64,000 nucleotides of DNA, taken from positions 1,389-65,388 of the forward strand of contig CAZAJO010000005.1 in NCBI GenBank assembly GCA_964485575.1, read 5' to 3'. Shown here one piece after another: positions 1 through 9,342 of the stretch; position 1 is the stretch's first letter; each line of letters opens with the position of its first letter. The position numbers were made by a program, and so were the translations under genes. The DNA comes from an uncultured Gammaproteobacteria bacterium (GTDB lineage: Bacteria; Patescibacteriota; Microgenomatia; Levybacterales; GWA1-39-11). The notes under the pieces were generated by a model. The model had not been told where the DNA came from. It saw only the letters and a list, made by a program, of their open reading frames with translations, and made no database searches.

Positions 1-1119
1 ACCAGCAATATTTTGTGGAACACCAACTCTCACAGTCATAGATAGCATCCTTTTGGCTGATTCTTCAGCGCCAACTGTCTTTGCTCCACCGCCAGTTATG
101 ACAAGACCGGCTGGGGTTTGGGTAGCAAATCCGCTCTTCTTTATTTCAAGTGCAATCATAGTGAACAACTCATTGAGTCTTGGTCTTATGATGCCCTCAA
201 CCAATGTTTTTGAACTAACTTTTTTAATATCTTCAGGCAGATGAAGCTCATTCAGATCCAACTCATCTTCCTCTGCTCTATTTCTGCGTTGCCCCGTTTC
301 AGGATCAGGAACTCTTACCCGACGCGTGTAATGTTTTGAAAGATACAATTTTATCTTTTCTGCACTCTCAAGCGAAATCTTAAGTCCAATCGCCAAATCA
401 TTGGTGATGTGCCTTGCTCCAATTGGAATGACACTTGTATAAGAAAGTGACCCATCAGCATAAATGGCGATATTCGTAACACCGGCACCAATATCTGCAA
501 GAACTACTCCCAACTCTTTCTCCGTATCAGAAAGAACCGAGAGAGATGAAGCAAGTCCTGCAAAAACAAGGCTTTGAACATTTACTCCTGCTTCTGAAGA
601 AAGGATCTTTTCTACATTTTTGACGCCTGCTGAATTTGCCGTGATGATATGAGTATCAACCTCAAGCCTCACCCCTGACATTCCGACAGGATCCTTGATC
701 CCACCTTCACCATCGACGGTAAAAGTCTTTGGTATGACATGGATGATCTCTCTTGTTGAGGGGAGTGAAACAGCACCAGCTGCCTCAAGCACTCTTTCAA
801 CGTCATACTCTGATATCTCACCATCAGGTTGGCTGACTGCCACAACACCTTTAGAATTTTGGGACTCGATATTTACACCCGAGACAGACACAAAAACTCT
901 ATCAATTGAATGACCGGCCATCCTCTCAGCACTATCAAGGGAAGCATTTATCGCATCAGACGCCTCTTCTATATTTACAATCTGACCTTTCTTTACACCT
1001 TTCGAGGCTGATTCACTGACGCCGAGTATATTTATGATGTCTTCATCTACTCTACCGATAAGAGTAGCTACTTTTGAGGAACCAATATCGATTCCCACGA
1101 CAATATCTGCATTCTTCAT
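1..1119 (-). CDS. ftsA: Cell division protein FtsA (partial; C-terminus runs off the window start)
   Basis: Minus-strand translation from the ATG at 1119 reads MKNADIVVGIDIGSSKVATLIGRV..., the actin-like ATPase N-terminus typical of FtsA. It sits at the end of the dcw cluster. Confidence 0.75.
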   Translation of the reverse strand, partial: MKNADIVVGIDIGSSKVATLIGRVDEDIINILGVSESASKGVKKGQIVNIEEASDAINASLDSAERMAGHSIDRVFVSVSGVNIESQNSKGVVAVSQPDGEISEYDVERVLEAAGAVSLPSTREIIHVIPKTFTVDGEGGIKDPVGMSGVRLEVDTHIITANSAGVKNVEKILSSEAGVNVQSLVFAGLASSLSVLSDTEKELGVVLADIGAGVTNIAIYADGSLSYTSVIPIGARHITNDLAIGLKISLESAEKIKLYLSKHYTRRVRVPDPETGQRRNRAEEDELDLNELHLPEDIKKVSSKTLVEGIIRPRLNELFTMIALEIKKSGFATQTPAGLVITGGGAKTVGAEESAKRMLSMTVRVGVPQNIAG

Positions 1120-1235
1120 ATTTTAACTAGTTTAGTAAAAACACTAAAACTTTACAATGGGTTTATACAAAGTAAAGCTTATTGTTAAGTCTATTATAGC
1201 TTGACGATTGGTTTACGTCCGAAGGACGAAGCCAA

Positions 1236-1754
1236 TTAGAAACGCACTATTGGCTTATTGTACCTCAAATCTATAGAAATTGCTTGCTTCCCGTCTTCTA
1301 TTATCTGACGGGCTACGGCATCGGCCATATCAAGCTGCGCATTTATATCCTTTTCTTTTGAGAGTGTTACAAGAGTTGACCCATGCATAACAAATGTTAC
1401 AGACGCAGAATCTGAGGCAAATTCGATGTTGCTAATGTCCAAACCCTTATTTTGAAGAATGTTTTGAATCTGATCGTTGTCAGGATATCCATTACCCAAG
1501 GGGTTGAGAATGTTTAGATCTTTATGAAATACGCTAGGAAGAACATATGATCTTACAAAGAAAAGTAGTGCAGCCAGCATGAAAAGACCAAGCACCACAA
1601 GAAAAAACCTCATCAATAATTTCTTGTACTCTCTGTGTTTTCTTTCTTTGACGAATGGACGGATATCAGATCTTTTTCTCCTTTTGAAAAGAGAGACTCT
1701 CCGCTTAGCTCTCTTCTCTTGGGGTTGTTGAGCTTGCTTCTCTTCGTTTTCCAT
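1236..1754 (-). CDS. FtsQ/DivIB-like cell division protein (short, single TM)
   Basis: 172 aa with a basic N-terminus, one TM helix and a small periplasmic domain. It lies between murG and ftsA, where ftsQ sits in dcw clusters. Confidence 0.45.
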   Translation of the reverse strand: MENEEKQAQQPQEKRAKRRVSLFKRRKRSDIRPFVKERKHREYKKLLMRFFLVVLGLFMLAALLFFVRSYVLPSVFHKDLNILNPLGNGYPDNDQIQNILQNKGLDISNIEFASDSASVTFVMHGSTLVTLSKEKDINAQLDMADAVARQIIEDGKQAISIDLRYNKPIVRF

Positions 1755-2868
1755 ATCTACGTATTTGTTCTATAATTTTTTCTGGAGCATCAAAATGAAC
1801 ATATTTTTGTGCATTTTTTGCGTTACTTATATATTTTTTTTGTTCTTTTATCATAGCACGCATTTTTGTAAGCAATAAATCTGGCGTAAGTACGTTTTGT
1901 TGAATGTATTCTCCAAGCCCCGTATTTTGGAATAGTTGTGCATTTTCTAACTGCTCGTTTTTTTGTCCGATTGGAAGTGGGATAAGCAAACTCATAGTGC
2001 CCATACTCATCAACTCTAAAACTGTATTTATACCTGAGCGGGATACTACAAGCGTCGCTTTACTCATATAAGAAGCAACTTCTGACGGTGTAAAAAATTC
2101 ACTCACTATATAATTTTTCCTAATACTACTGCCAAGCATGTCATGAAAATTCTCAAATCTCTCAAAGTCCCCGGTTTCTTTTGAGTTTCCTGTCTGGTGC
2201 ACAACAACGTATTCAGAAAGTAATTCAGGCAAGATTTCGTAGACTAGATTGTTTATTGCATGAGCACCGGTACTTCCACCTGTAATGTAAATAATATCTT
2301 TAGTATTTTTAGGTTTTATATTTTCGGTTTTTAATATTTCTTCCCTTATCGGGTTACCGGTCAAAATAACATTCTTTCCTCTGAAATGTTTGATTGATGA
2401 ATCAAAAGAAACACAGATAACAGATGACACTTTTGCAATCAATTTACTTGATAGTCCAGCATTCTGGGTCTGCTCGTGAAGGACAACCGGAATTTTTAGG
2501 ATTGATGCGGCCAAAGCAACAGGAAGTCCGACATACCCTCCGAACGTAACGACAACATCAGGATCAAAATCTTTCAGGATTTTTAGAGCATCATAAATTC
2601 CTTTCGGAAATTTGAGGGCTGAGGGGATAGAGTGGGTGGTTAACTTACGTTGCAATCTCCCTGCTTTAATTTCAGAAAAGGCAATCCCCTCTTTCTTACA
2701 AATCTGGTATTCATATGTCTCGTTGGTATCACCTTCAAAAGCATACTTTCTCCCAATGACAAGCACTTCATCAGATCTGTCCAATTTTTTTATGACTGAG
2801 TAGGCAGGACTGAAATGTCCGCCGGTTATTACAATACGCATAATTTTATTTTCTACCAAAGCGACCAA
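1705..2868 (-). CDS. murG: UDP-N-acetylglucosamine--N-acetylmuramyl-(pentapeptide) pyrophosphoryl-undecaprenol N-acetylglucosamine transferase MurG
   Basis: GT28 two-Rossmann architecture (ITGGHFSPA... / GGSTGAH...). The true start is probably MRIVITGG at about 2841, because the annotated 5' end overlaps ftsW. Confidence 0.85.
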   Translation of the reverse strand: MVALVENKIMRIVITGGHFSPAYSVIKKLDRSDEVLVIGRKYAFEGDTNETYEYQICKKEGIAFSEIKAGRLQRKLTTHSIPSALKFPKGIYDALKILKDFDPDVVVTFGGYVGLPVALAASILKIPVVLHEQTQNAGLSSKLIAKVSSVICVSFDSSIKHFRGKNVILTGNPIREEILKTENIKPKNTKDIIYITGGSTGAHAINNLVYEILPELLSEYVVVHQTGNSKETGDFERFENFHDMLGSSIRKNYIVSEFFTPSEVASYMSKATLVVSRSGINTVLELMSMGTMSLLIPLPIGQKNEQLENAQLFQNTGLGEYIQQNVLTPDLLLTKMRAMIKEQKKYISNAKNAQKYVHFDAPEKIIEQIRRYGKRREASSTTPREES

Positions 2869-3985
2869 AATGACCTTTTTTTACGGAATGTAAAGAGCTT
2901 TTTTTACGCGGAGAATTCCCTTTCTCAAGAGCGATGTTGAACAGTAACCCTATCGCTACAAAATTAATAAGCATTGAACTTCCTCCATACGAAATAAATG
3001 GTAAAGGAACCCCAGTTAGGGGAATAAGAATCGCTTGGGATGCAAGATTTATCAAAGCCTGAGTCGTCACAAAAACAGTGATGCCTGTTGCTAACAATTT
3101 TCCGAACTGAGTTTTTGCATTCATAGCTATCAATATACCTATTGTTGAAAGCGCTACATAAATAGAAACCAATATTACACTTCCGATGTATCCTGCTTCC
3201 TCAGCAAATATCGCAAAAACAGAATCCGTCGTGTGCTCCGGAAGGTATGCGTATTTCTGGACAGAATTACCAAACCCTACTCCGGTAAATCCTCCTGACC
3301 CAAGCGCTATCACTATTTGTTTTGTGTGATAAGAGGTCGCGCTAAGATTGTTGACGTCAACATTCTGAAAGGCGGTTAGGCGCTTTACCCTATATGGACT
3401 TGCCCCGGCCAAAAGCACAATTCCGATAAGACCAACAATAAGAATCGGCGCAACTTCCCGCATTGAAGCACCAGAAACGTAATAAACGATAAAAGATGTC
3501 GCTCCGATAATAAATGATGTCTTCAAATCCGGTTGCAAAAGAACGAGCCCGCTTGCTATACCAAGTAGTATCAAAAATGCCATAAGTCGTCCTTTCTCCT
3601 TTACCGAAAGCCATGATGCGAGGTAGAGAGACAATGTGATTTTAAGAAGCTCTGATGGTTGGAAGATTGAGATCCCAAGGTTGATCCATCTATGTGAACC
3701 GTTGAGTTCAAGTCCAATGACCGGCATAAATACCAAAAGAAGCGTAACAAGAGTTCCTGCAAGAAGTGGAAGAGAGACGTTATAAAGAAACGTCTCTTTC
3801 AGACGAGACACTACAAAAGCAGCTGCGATCCCAAGCAAGATCCAGATGCTTTGATTTTTGATGAAATAGTATTTATCGTGTAGATCAAGTTGTGCTGTAT
3901 AGGAAGAGCTTTCGTAGAGAATAAATAGTCCAAGGCTTGTAAGAATTACAGTTACAACAAGAAGGGACAGGGCGAGTCTATTCAT
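2846..3985 (-). CDS. ftsW: FtsW/RodA/SpoVE family lipid II flippase/peptidoglycan glycosyltransferase
   Basis: 379 aa polytopic membrane protein of the SEDS family, flanked by murG and mraY. Confidence 0.8.
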   Translation of the reverse strand: MNRLALSLLVVTVILTSLGLFILYESSSYTAQLDLHDKYYFIKNQSIWILLGIAAAFVVSRLKETFLYNVSLPLLAGTLVTLLLVFMPVIGLELNGSHRWINLGISIFQPSELLKITLSLYLASWLSVKEKGRLMAFLILLGIASGLVLLQPDLKTSFIIGATSFIVYYVSGASMREVAPILIVGLIGIVLLAGASPYRVKRLTAFQNVDVNNLSATSYHTKQIVIALGSGGFTGVGFGNSVQKYAYLPEHTTDSVFAIFAEEAGYIGSVILVSIYVALSTIGILIAMNAKTQFGKLLATGITVFVTTQALINLASQAILIPLTGVPLPFISYGGSSMLINFVAIGLLFNIALEKGNSPRKKSSLHSVKKGHFGRFGRK

Positions 3986-4993
3986 TTAGTGTATGAATGC
4001 AAGATACAGACCGATAAGTGCAAAAGCAAATCCCATTAGCCATCCGCGCATAACAACCTTTGGCTCCTCCCACCCGCGCTTGAGGAAATACAGATGAAGA
4101 GGTGCAATAGGAAAAGCTTTTCTTTTCAAGAATTTCTTTGAAAGGATCTGGATAAGAGATGATCCTACTTCAACGATGTATACTCCTCCAATAACTGCAA
4201 CAGCCAATTCTTTTCCGGTCAGAAGTCCTATGACTGCAAGTGCTGCACCAAGAGACAAAGACCCCACATCCCCCAACCACAATCGGGCCTTATAGATATT
4301 GAAGTAAAGAAAAGCTCCTACGGAGCCTAAAAGGATAGCTATAAAGATGGCAAGAAAATCGTTGAGAAGTGTTTTTGAAATGACAAGAAATGCGCAAAGA
4401 CATATCAAAAGGACTCCACAAGAAAGACCGTCTAGACCATCTGTGATATTGAATGCATTTGTAAAACTCACGATAACAAATGCCGCAAAAAGGATATATA
4501 AAGGACCAAGCATTATTTCTCCCATTGCTGGAATATGTACAAATGTATACCCATTCATGAATAGAACCCACCCGATAAGAAGCCCTAATATCCATTGGAT
4601 GATGAATTTATGCTTGAATCTCAACCCAAAAAACCCGGTCCGCTCCACATTTAGTATCTTTTTTATGTCGTCGTAAAATCCGAGTGCTCCAAATGCAACG
4701 AAAGAAAAAAGGAGAACAAATAGCTCCCATGGCTTAACGTCAACCCTAAAAAGTCCATACGCCCAGAGAGTAAGGATAGTCACGACAAAGATAATAAGAA
4801 GCCCACCTCCGATGGGGGTTCCGACTTTCCAATCATGCATCTTGTCGAAAAGATACGTCCTATTGTTGAACACGTCTCTTGTCTTTTGTTTCTGTCTCTG
4901 AAGTTTCATCTTATAGAGGAAGTCTATAAATGGAACGATCAGGATAGAGGTTATGAAAAGAGAAAGAATCGCAAAACCAAATACTTTGTCCAT
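3986..4993 (-). CDS. mraY: Phospho-N-acetylmuramoyl-pentapeptide transferase MraY
   Basis: 335 aa polytopic membrane protein with MraY/WecA family motifs (NAFNITDGLDGL, GDVGSLSLG). Confidence 0.9.
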   Translation of the reverse strand: MDKVFGFAILSLFITSILIVPFIDFLYKMKLQRQKQKTRDVFNNRTYLFDKMHDWKVGTPIGGGLLIIFVVTILTLWAYGLFRVDVKPWELFVLLFSFVAFGALGFYDDIKKILNVERTGFFGLRFKHKFIIQWILGLLIGWVLFMNGYTFVHIPAMGEIMLGPLYILFAAFVIVSFTNAFNITDGLDGLSCGVLLICLCAFLVISKTLLNDFLAIFIAILLGSVGAFLYFNIYKARLWLGDVGSLSLGAALAVIGLLTGKELAVAVIGGVYIVEVGSSLIQILSKKFLKRKAFPIAPLHLYFLKRGWEEPKVVMRGWLMGFAFALIGLYLAFIH

Positions 4994-5071
4994 ATGTTTT
5001 TAAACAGAAAGTGATTATATATCACTATATGTCTATTTTACAACGAAGTGAAGGTGAAAAGGAAGAGATAT

Positions 5072-5716
5072 CTACTTTATGGTCTCACCGGACAGGTGGA
5101 CACCTCTAACAGGGACAAGTGGATAAACCAGGGTTTTTGTACCTAAAATCGTACCTGGATTGAGCACTGCGTTGACACCAATGAAGCAATCGTCCCCAAT
5201 AACACTTCCAAATTTCTGCATTCCCGTCGATATCCTAGTCTCACCGTCTCTTATCTCAATTTCTTTCTTATCAAATCTCCAGTTGGCAAGAGTAGCACTT
5301 CCGGAAAGATTTACGTTACTTCCGATAATACTATCCCCAATATAATTCAGATGTGCCAACTTTGATCCCGATAAGATGATGGAATGCTTCACTTCAGTTG
5401 CATGTCCTACGCGTACTCCTGAACCGATAAGTACTCCACCCCTCAGATATGCACTATGACCTATTGTAGAATTATCACATATGATTGCCCCACCCACTAT
5501 TTTGGCGTCACTGTCAATCTCAACATTCTTCCCGATATAGGTGTTTTCGGAGATTTCTTCAAATCCGGAGAAAAAAGGAGTGTCTTTAAAATTCTTTATG
5601 AAGTCATCAATTGACTTCAGTGCTTCCCAGGGATAAGTAGACTCCTCAAACAACTGCCTGAAGATGCCCAGGTCTTCAAAGAAATTTGAGAAATGAAACT
5701 GATTATTTTGATCCAT
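5072..5716 (-). CDS. Left-handed beta-helix (hexapeptide) acetyltransferase, GlmU C-terminal-like
   Basis: 214 aa with repeated [LIV]GxxxxI hexapeptide repeats. It overlaps the upstream nucleotidyltransferase ORF by 14 nt, so together they look like a split GlmU. Confidence 0.7.
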   Translation of the reverse strand: MDQNNQFHFSNFFEDLGIFRQLFEESTYPWEALKSIDDFIKNFKDTPFFSGFEEISENTYIGKNVEIDSDAKIVGGAIICDNSTIGHSAYLRGGVLIGSGVRVGHATEVKHSIILSGSKLAHLNYIGDSIIGSNVNLSGSATLANWRFDKKEIEIRDGETRISTGMQKFGSVIGDDCFIGVNAVLNPGTILGTKTLVYPLVPVRGVHLSGETIK

Positions 5717-6443
5717 CTGAAAGCAGTGTTTCCGCAGCTACGAGATCATCTTTTGTGTTAACTCCATGCCATTTACCATCAGTCAATTTGTGAGCAGCGA
5801 TTTTTCCTTTCTGATGAGCGATGATATCTATGATGTCTGTGATGTAATACTCACCCGTGACAGGATTTTTGTGAATTTCTGAGATATTGTCTTCCAGATA
5901 CTTTTTGTTGATGACATAACATCCTAAATTTACTTCTTTAATTTTCTTTTGTTCATCTGTCGCATTCTTCTCCTCTACAATTCCTATCACTTCGTTGTTT
6001 TCGTCACGGATTATTCTTCCAAGCCCTGTCGGGTCATCAGAATCCATAGTCACAAAAGTTATCTTTGCTCCTTCATCGATATGAGTCTGATAAAGATTTT
6101 TGAAAGTTGTTGCCGTATGAAGAAATGAATCATCTCCATATAATATAAGAAGGTCTTGAGTGTCACTAGGCACTTTAGGAAGTGCTGACACTACAGCATG
6201 CCCTGTTCCCAACTGTTCTGTCTGCTCTGCGACAATGATATCTTCTGAAAGCAAGGGAAGGACTGATTCTTTCGCAAACCCGACAACGACAACGATATGT
6301 GAAAGCCCTGCTTCTTTTAGAATAGAGAGTGTTCTTGCAAGCATGGGTTGCCCAGCAACGTGCATTGCGACTTTATTCGTGTCGGTTGACTGCATCCGTG
6401 TTCCACGGCCGGCAGCCAAAATAATTGCAGTCAAATTGCGCAT
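5703..6443 (-). CDS. Sugar-1-phosphate nucleotidyltransferase, GlmU N-terminal-like (UDP-GlcNAc pyrophosphorylase-like)
   Basis: N-terminal AIILAAGRGTRM pyrophosphorylase signature; 246 aa. Confidence 0.75.
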   Translation of the reverse strand: MRNLTAIILAAGRGTRMQSTDTNKVAMHVAGQPMLARTLSILKEAGLSHIVVVVGFAKESVLPLLSEDIIVAEQTEQLGTGHAVVSALPKVPSDTQDLLILYGDDSFLHTATTFKNLYQTHIDEGAKITFVTMDSDDPTGLGRIIRDENNEVIGIVEEKNATDEQKKIKEVNLGCYVINKKYLEDNISEIHKNPVTGEYYITDIIDIIAHQKGKIAAHKLTDGKWHGVNTKDDLVAAETLLSDGSK

Positions 6444-6444
6444 C

Positions 6445-7773
6445 TTAGTAATCCTCTTGGTCTTCTTTTATATCTGCTCCAACTGCAGACAGTCTTTCAA
6501 CAAATTTTTCATATCCACGCTCTATATGCTCTATCCCATAAACAACGCTTTCACCTTTTGCTATAAGAGAAGCAATGACAACCGTTGCTCCTGCTCGAAG
6601 ATCACTGACGGTAAGAACAGCATTGTGAAGGTTTTTTGGACCTGAAATTCTTATGGCCTGCTTGTAGGTAACTTTTGGATCGTAGTTGAAATTGTAAACC
6701 TCTTCAGGATTTGAAACCTCCGGATCAAAAAAGTCAATTTTAGCACCCATTTTTCGAAGTTCTGATACGTATCCAAATCTATTTTCATAAATTGTTTCGT
6801 GAATTGTTGATTCCCCAACGGCTTGGGTAGTTAAAATCGCCCAAGGTCCCTGCCAGTCGGTCTTGAATCCTGGCTCTGGTGCTGTTGTGACATTTGTTGG
6901 AGCGAGTCCATTTTTTGAGAAAAACCTTACTTTTCCATCTATCTCCTCGTATGTACCACCTGCACTTTCTAATTCTTTCAAAAATTCTCCGACATTTGTC
7001 AAATTGGCATTCTCAAGAAAGATATTCCCACCGGTAAGGATGGATAGCACTGCAAATGTTACTAATTCATTACCATCAGACACTATCTCGTACGATGTTC
7101 CGTGCAATTTCTCAACTCCCGTGATCTCTATTCTTCTTCCCTCAAGCCTTTTTATGTTAGCCCCCATATTATTAAGAAGCCCTATAAGGTCATCAATCTC
7201 GTGTTCTTCCGCAGCATTCTCAATAACAGTTGTGCCTTTTGCTAACGTTGCTGCCATGATCAAAGTCTCAGTTCCTGTATGGGTATTTTTTTCAAATCTG
7301 TACGTTGTGCCGGTAAGTCCTTCTGTTGTTGCATGATAATACCCGTCTTCAGATTTGTACTCTATTTTTGCACCCATCTGCTCAAGACCTTCAATATGTC
7401 TTTCGATAGGTCGCGCTCCGAGTCTGCATCCTTCAGGGTTGGGGACTACAGCGTTACCGGTTCTTAGTAACAAAGGGGATATAAACATCGATGAGGTCCT
7501 AACCCTTGCTCCTTCAGCAAGTGAAATAGTGTGGTTTTTTATTTCTTTTACGGTTATCGTAACCTCCCCATCCTGTCTTTCAACAGTTCCTCCAATTGAT
7601 TCTATGACCTCTAAAAGCGCTTCGATATCCGAAATCTCAGGAACATTTTTAAGAGTAACGGGCTCTGAGGTAAGACAGGCTGCAATCACTGCCTTTGTCA
7701 CGACATTCTTAGATCCCGAGATCCGGATCACACCTGAAAGAGCGTTCCCTCCTTTTATAATATATTGCTTCAT
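6445..7773 (-). CDS. murA: UDP-N-acetylglucosamine 1-carboxyvinyltransferase MurA
   Basis: 442 aa with the EPSP-synthase-like fold and N-terminal IKGGNALSGVIRISGSKN signature. Confidence 0.9.
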   Translation of the reverse strand: MKQYIIKGGNALSGVIRISGSKNVVTKAVIAACLTSEPVTLKNVPEISDIEALLEVIESIGGTVERQDGEVTITVKEIKNHTISLAEGARVRTSSMFISPLLLRTGNAVVPNPEGCRLGARPIERHIEGLEQMGAKIEYKSEDGYYHATTEGLTGTTYRFEKNTHTGTETLIMAATLAKGTTVIENAAEEHEIDDLIGLLNNMGANIKRLEGRRIEITGVEKLHGTSYEIVSDGNELVTFAVLSILTGGNIFLENANLTNVGEFLKELESAGGTYEEIDGKVRFFSKNGLAPTNVTTAPEPGFKTDWQGPWAILTTQAVGESTIHETIYENRFGYVSELRKMGAKIDFFDPEVSNPEEVYNFNYDPKVTYKQAIRISGPKNLHNAVLTVSDLRAGATVVIASLIAKGESVVYGIEHIERGYEKFVERLSAVGADIKEDQEDY

Positions 7774-7781
7774 AGTGATTA

Positions 7782-7850
7782 CGTTAACGTGTTCACGGGT
7801 TAACGCGTTCTAACTTTTTAACTCGTTAACTTTTTAGCCCGTAACTAACT
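7782..7850. repeat. GTTAAC-rich intergenic repeat element, copy A (murA/murC spacer)
   Basis: Reads cgttaacgtgttcacgggttaacgcgttctaactttttaactcgttaactttttagcccgtaac. It is about 85 percent identical to the reverse complement of copy C at 47125..47186. Confidence 0.7.
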
Positions 7851-9298
7851 TTATACACATCCCCAGCTCCAATTGTGAGTATTATGTACTCACTAGAGCT
7901 GAAGTTTTGGTCTAAGTATTCTATCACATCATCAAATTTTTCTTTGTATATGACGTCAACATTTTCGGAAAAAGCATCCACTAATTCTTTTTCAGAAATA
8001 GTATCACCCTCCGTATCTCTAGCAGATTTAAATATTGGCAGAAGCACTAACTTCTCAACTCCACTAAATGACATTGCAAAATCAGAAAGTAACGCTTTTG
8101 TCCTTGAGAATGTATGGGGCTGAAAAACACATACCAATTTTTTTTCTGGGTAACTTTTTTTGATGGATGAAATAGTCGTTACTATCTCCAATGGATGATG
8201 ACCATAATCATCTATAAGAAGTGCTCCATGAGGGGTAGTTCCAATTATTTCTGTCCTTCTTTTCGTACCGGTAAAAACCTTTAGCGCTTGACGGATTTTT
8301 TGATATTCATAACCTAATTCTGAAAGCAGAGCAACAACTGACATTGCATTTTTCGCGTTATGTATTCCTGAAATAGATAGCTCAAATAACCCCATCTCAC
8401 GTCCTTTTTTGTGAACTGTAAATTTAGTAGACAGACCAAAAGAAACAATTTTTGATATGACATAGTCATTCTCAACACCCTGACCATAAGAGACTACTGA
8501 AATGTCTTTTGTGATCTTGTCTTTAAAGGAAGACAAATATGTATCGTCACCATTTACAAACAATTTGCCACCACTTCTGATGTTGTCTGCAAGTTCCAAA
8601 AAAGCACCAACAATCTCGTCAGTGTCTTTGAAAAGGTCCGGATGATCAAAATCTATATTATTAAAGATTGCGTATCTTGGGGCAAGATAAAGGAATTTCG
8701 GAACCCGGTCATGCACGGGCTCTGAGGCATATTCATCGGCTTCTGCGATAAAATAGTCCCCACTCCCAAAATGTCCCGGGGCGGCTGAAGGAAACACCTC
8801 ACCGGTACCCACGCTGTATGAAGGGTCCAAATCTAGCGATGCCATGGTCGTTGCAAGAAGGGAAGAGATGGTGGTTTTTCCATGGGACCCTGCAACGGCA
8901 ATCCCCTGTATATTTTTGCCAAAAATATCACCTTTCATAAATATTGATAAAGCTTGCCCTTGAGAAAGAATTGCTATCTTGTTCTCCCGTGCCCACACAA
9001 CTTGTGGATTATCAAACCCCTTGTGTGCCCCTGTTGTCACGACTAGACAAAGAGCTTTTGATGTATCACTAAAAAAACTTTGGATCGAAGAAACGTCAAA
9101 CCCGGAAGACACAGCAATTTCTTTTTTTGCCAACCATACGCCTGTTATAAATTCCTCCTCAACATCAGATCCACTAACTGCAAATCCTGCCTCTTTTGCA
9201 ATAATGGCAAGCGGAGCCATCCCCACACCTTTGACTCCTACAAAGAATATTTTTTTTATTTTCTCAGGAACTCTCAACTCTTGAGTCTTATATTTCAT
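7826..9298 (-). CDS. murC: UDP-N-acetylmuramate--L-alanine ligase MurC
   Basis: N-terminal FVGVKGVGMAPLAIIAKEAGFAVSGSD, matching the MurC (HFIGIGGxGMSxLA) signature; Mur ligase central GSHGKTT P-loop. Confidence 0.8.
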   Translation of the reverse strand: MKYKTQELRVPEKIKKIFFVGVKGVGMAPLAIIAKEAGFAVSGSDVEEEFITGVWLAKKEIAVSSGFDVSSIQSFFSDTSKALCLVVTTGAHKGFDNPQVVWARENKIAILSQGQALSIFMKGDIFGKNIQGIAVAGSHGKTTISSLLATTMASLDLDPSYSVGTGEVFPSAAPGHFGSGDYFIAEADEYASEPVHDRVPKFLYLAPRYAIFNNIDFDHPDLFKDTDEIVGAFLELADNIRSGGKLFVNGDDTYLSSFKDKITKDISVVSYGQGVENDYVISKIVSFGLSTKFTVHKKGREMGLFELSISGIHNAKNAMSVVALLSELGYEYQKIRQALKVFTGTKRRTEIIGTTPHGALLIDDYGHHPLEIVTTISSIKKSYPEKKLVCVFQPHTFSRTKALLSDFAMSFSGVEKLVLLPIFKSARDTEGDTISEKELVDAFSENVDVIYKEKFDDVIEYLDQNFSSSEYIILTIGAGDVYKVSYGLKS

Positions 9299-9308
9299 AA
9301 TTGTATTT

Positions 9309-9342
9309 TGTTAACGGGTTTTAACTTTTTAACTCATTAACC
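9309..9342. repeat. GTTAAC-rich intergenic repeat element, copy B (murC/murE spacer, half-length)
   Basis: Reads gttaacgggttttaactttttaactcattaac, which matches the core of copy A. Confidence 0.6.

Noticed and set aside
53-913. Plus-strand ORFs 53..244 and 695..913
   Set aside because: They lie entirely inside the minus-strand ftsA coding region and are shadow ORFs with proline- and serine-rich low-complexity products.
4290-4676. Overlapping ORFs 4290..4595 (-) and 4347..4676 (+) inside mraY
   Set aside because: Both lie within the mraY reading frame region, on alternative frames or strands, and have low-complexity products. They are spurious.
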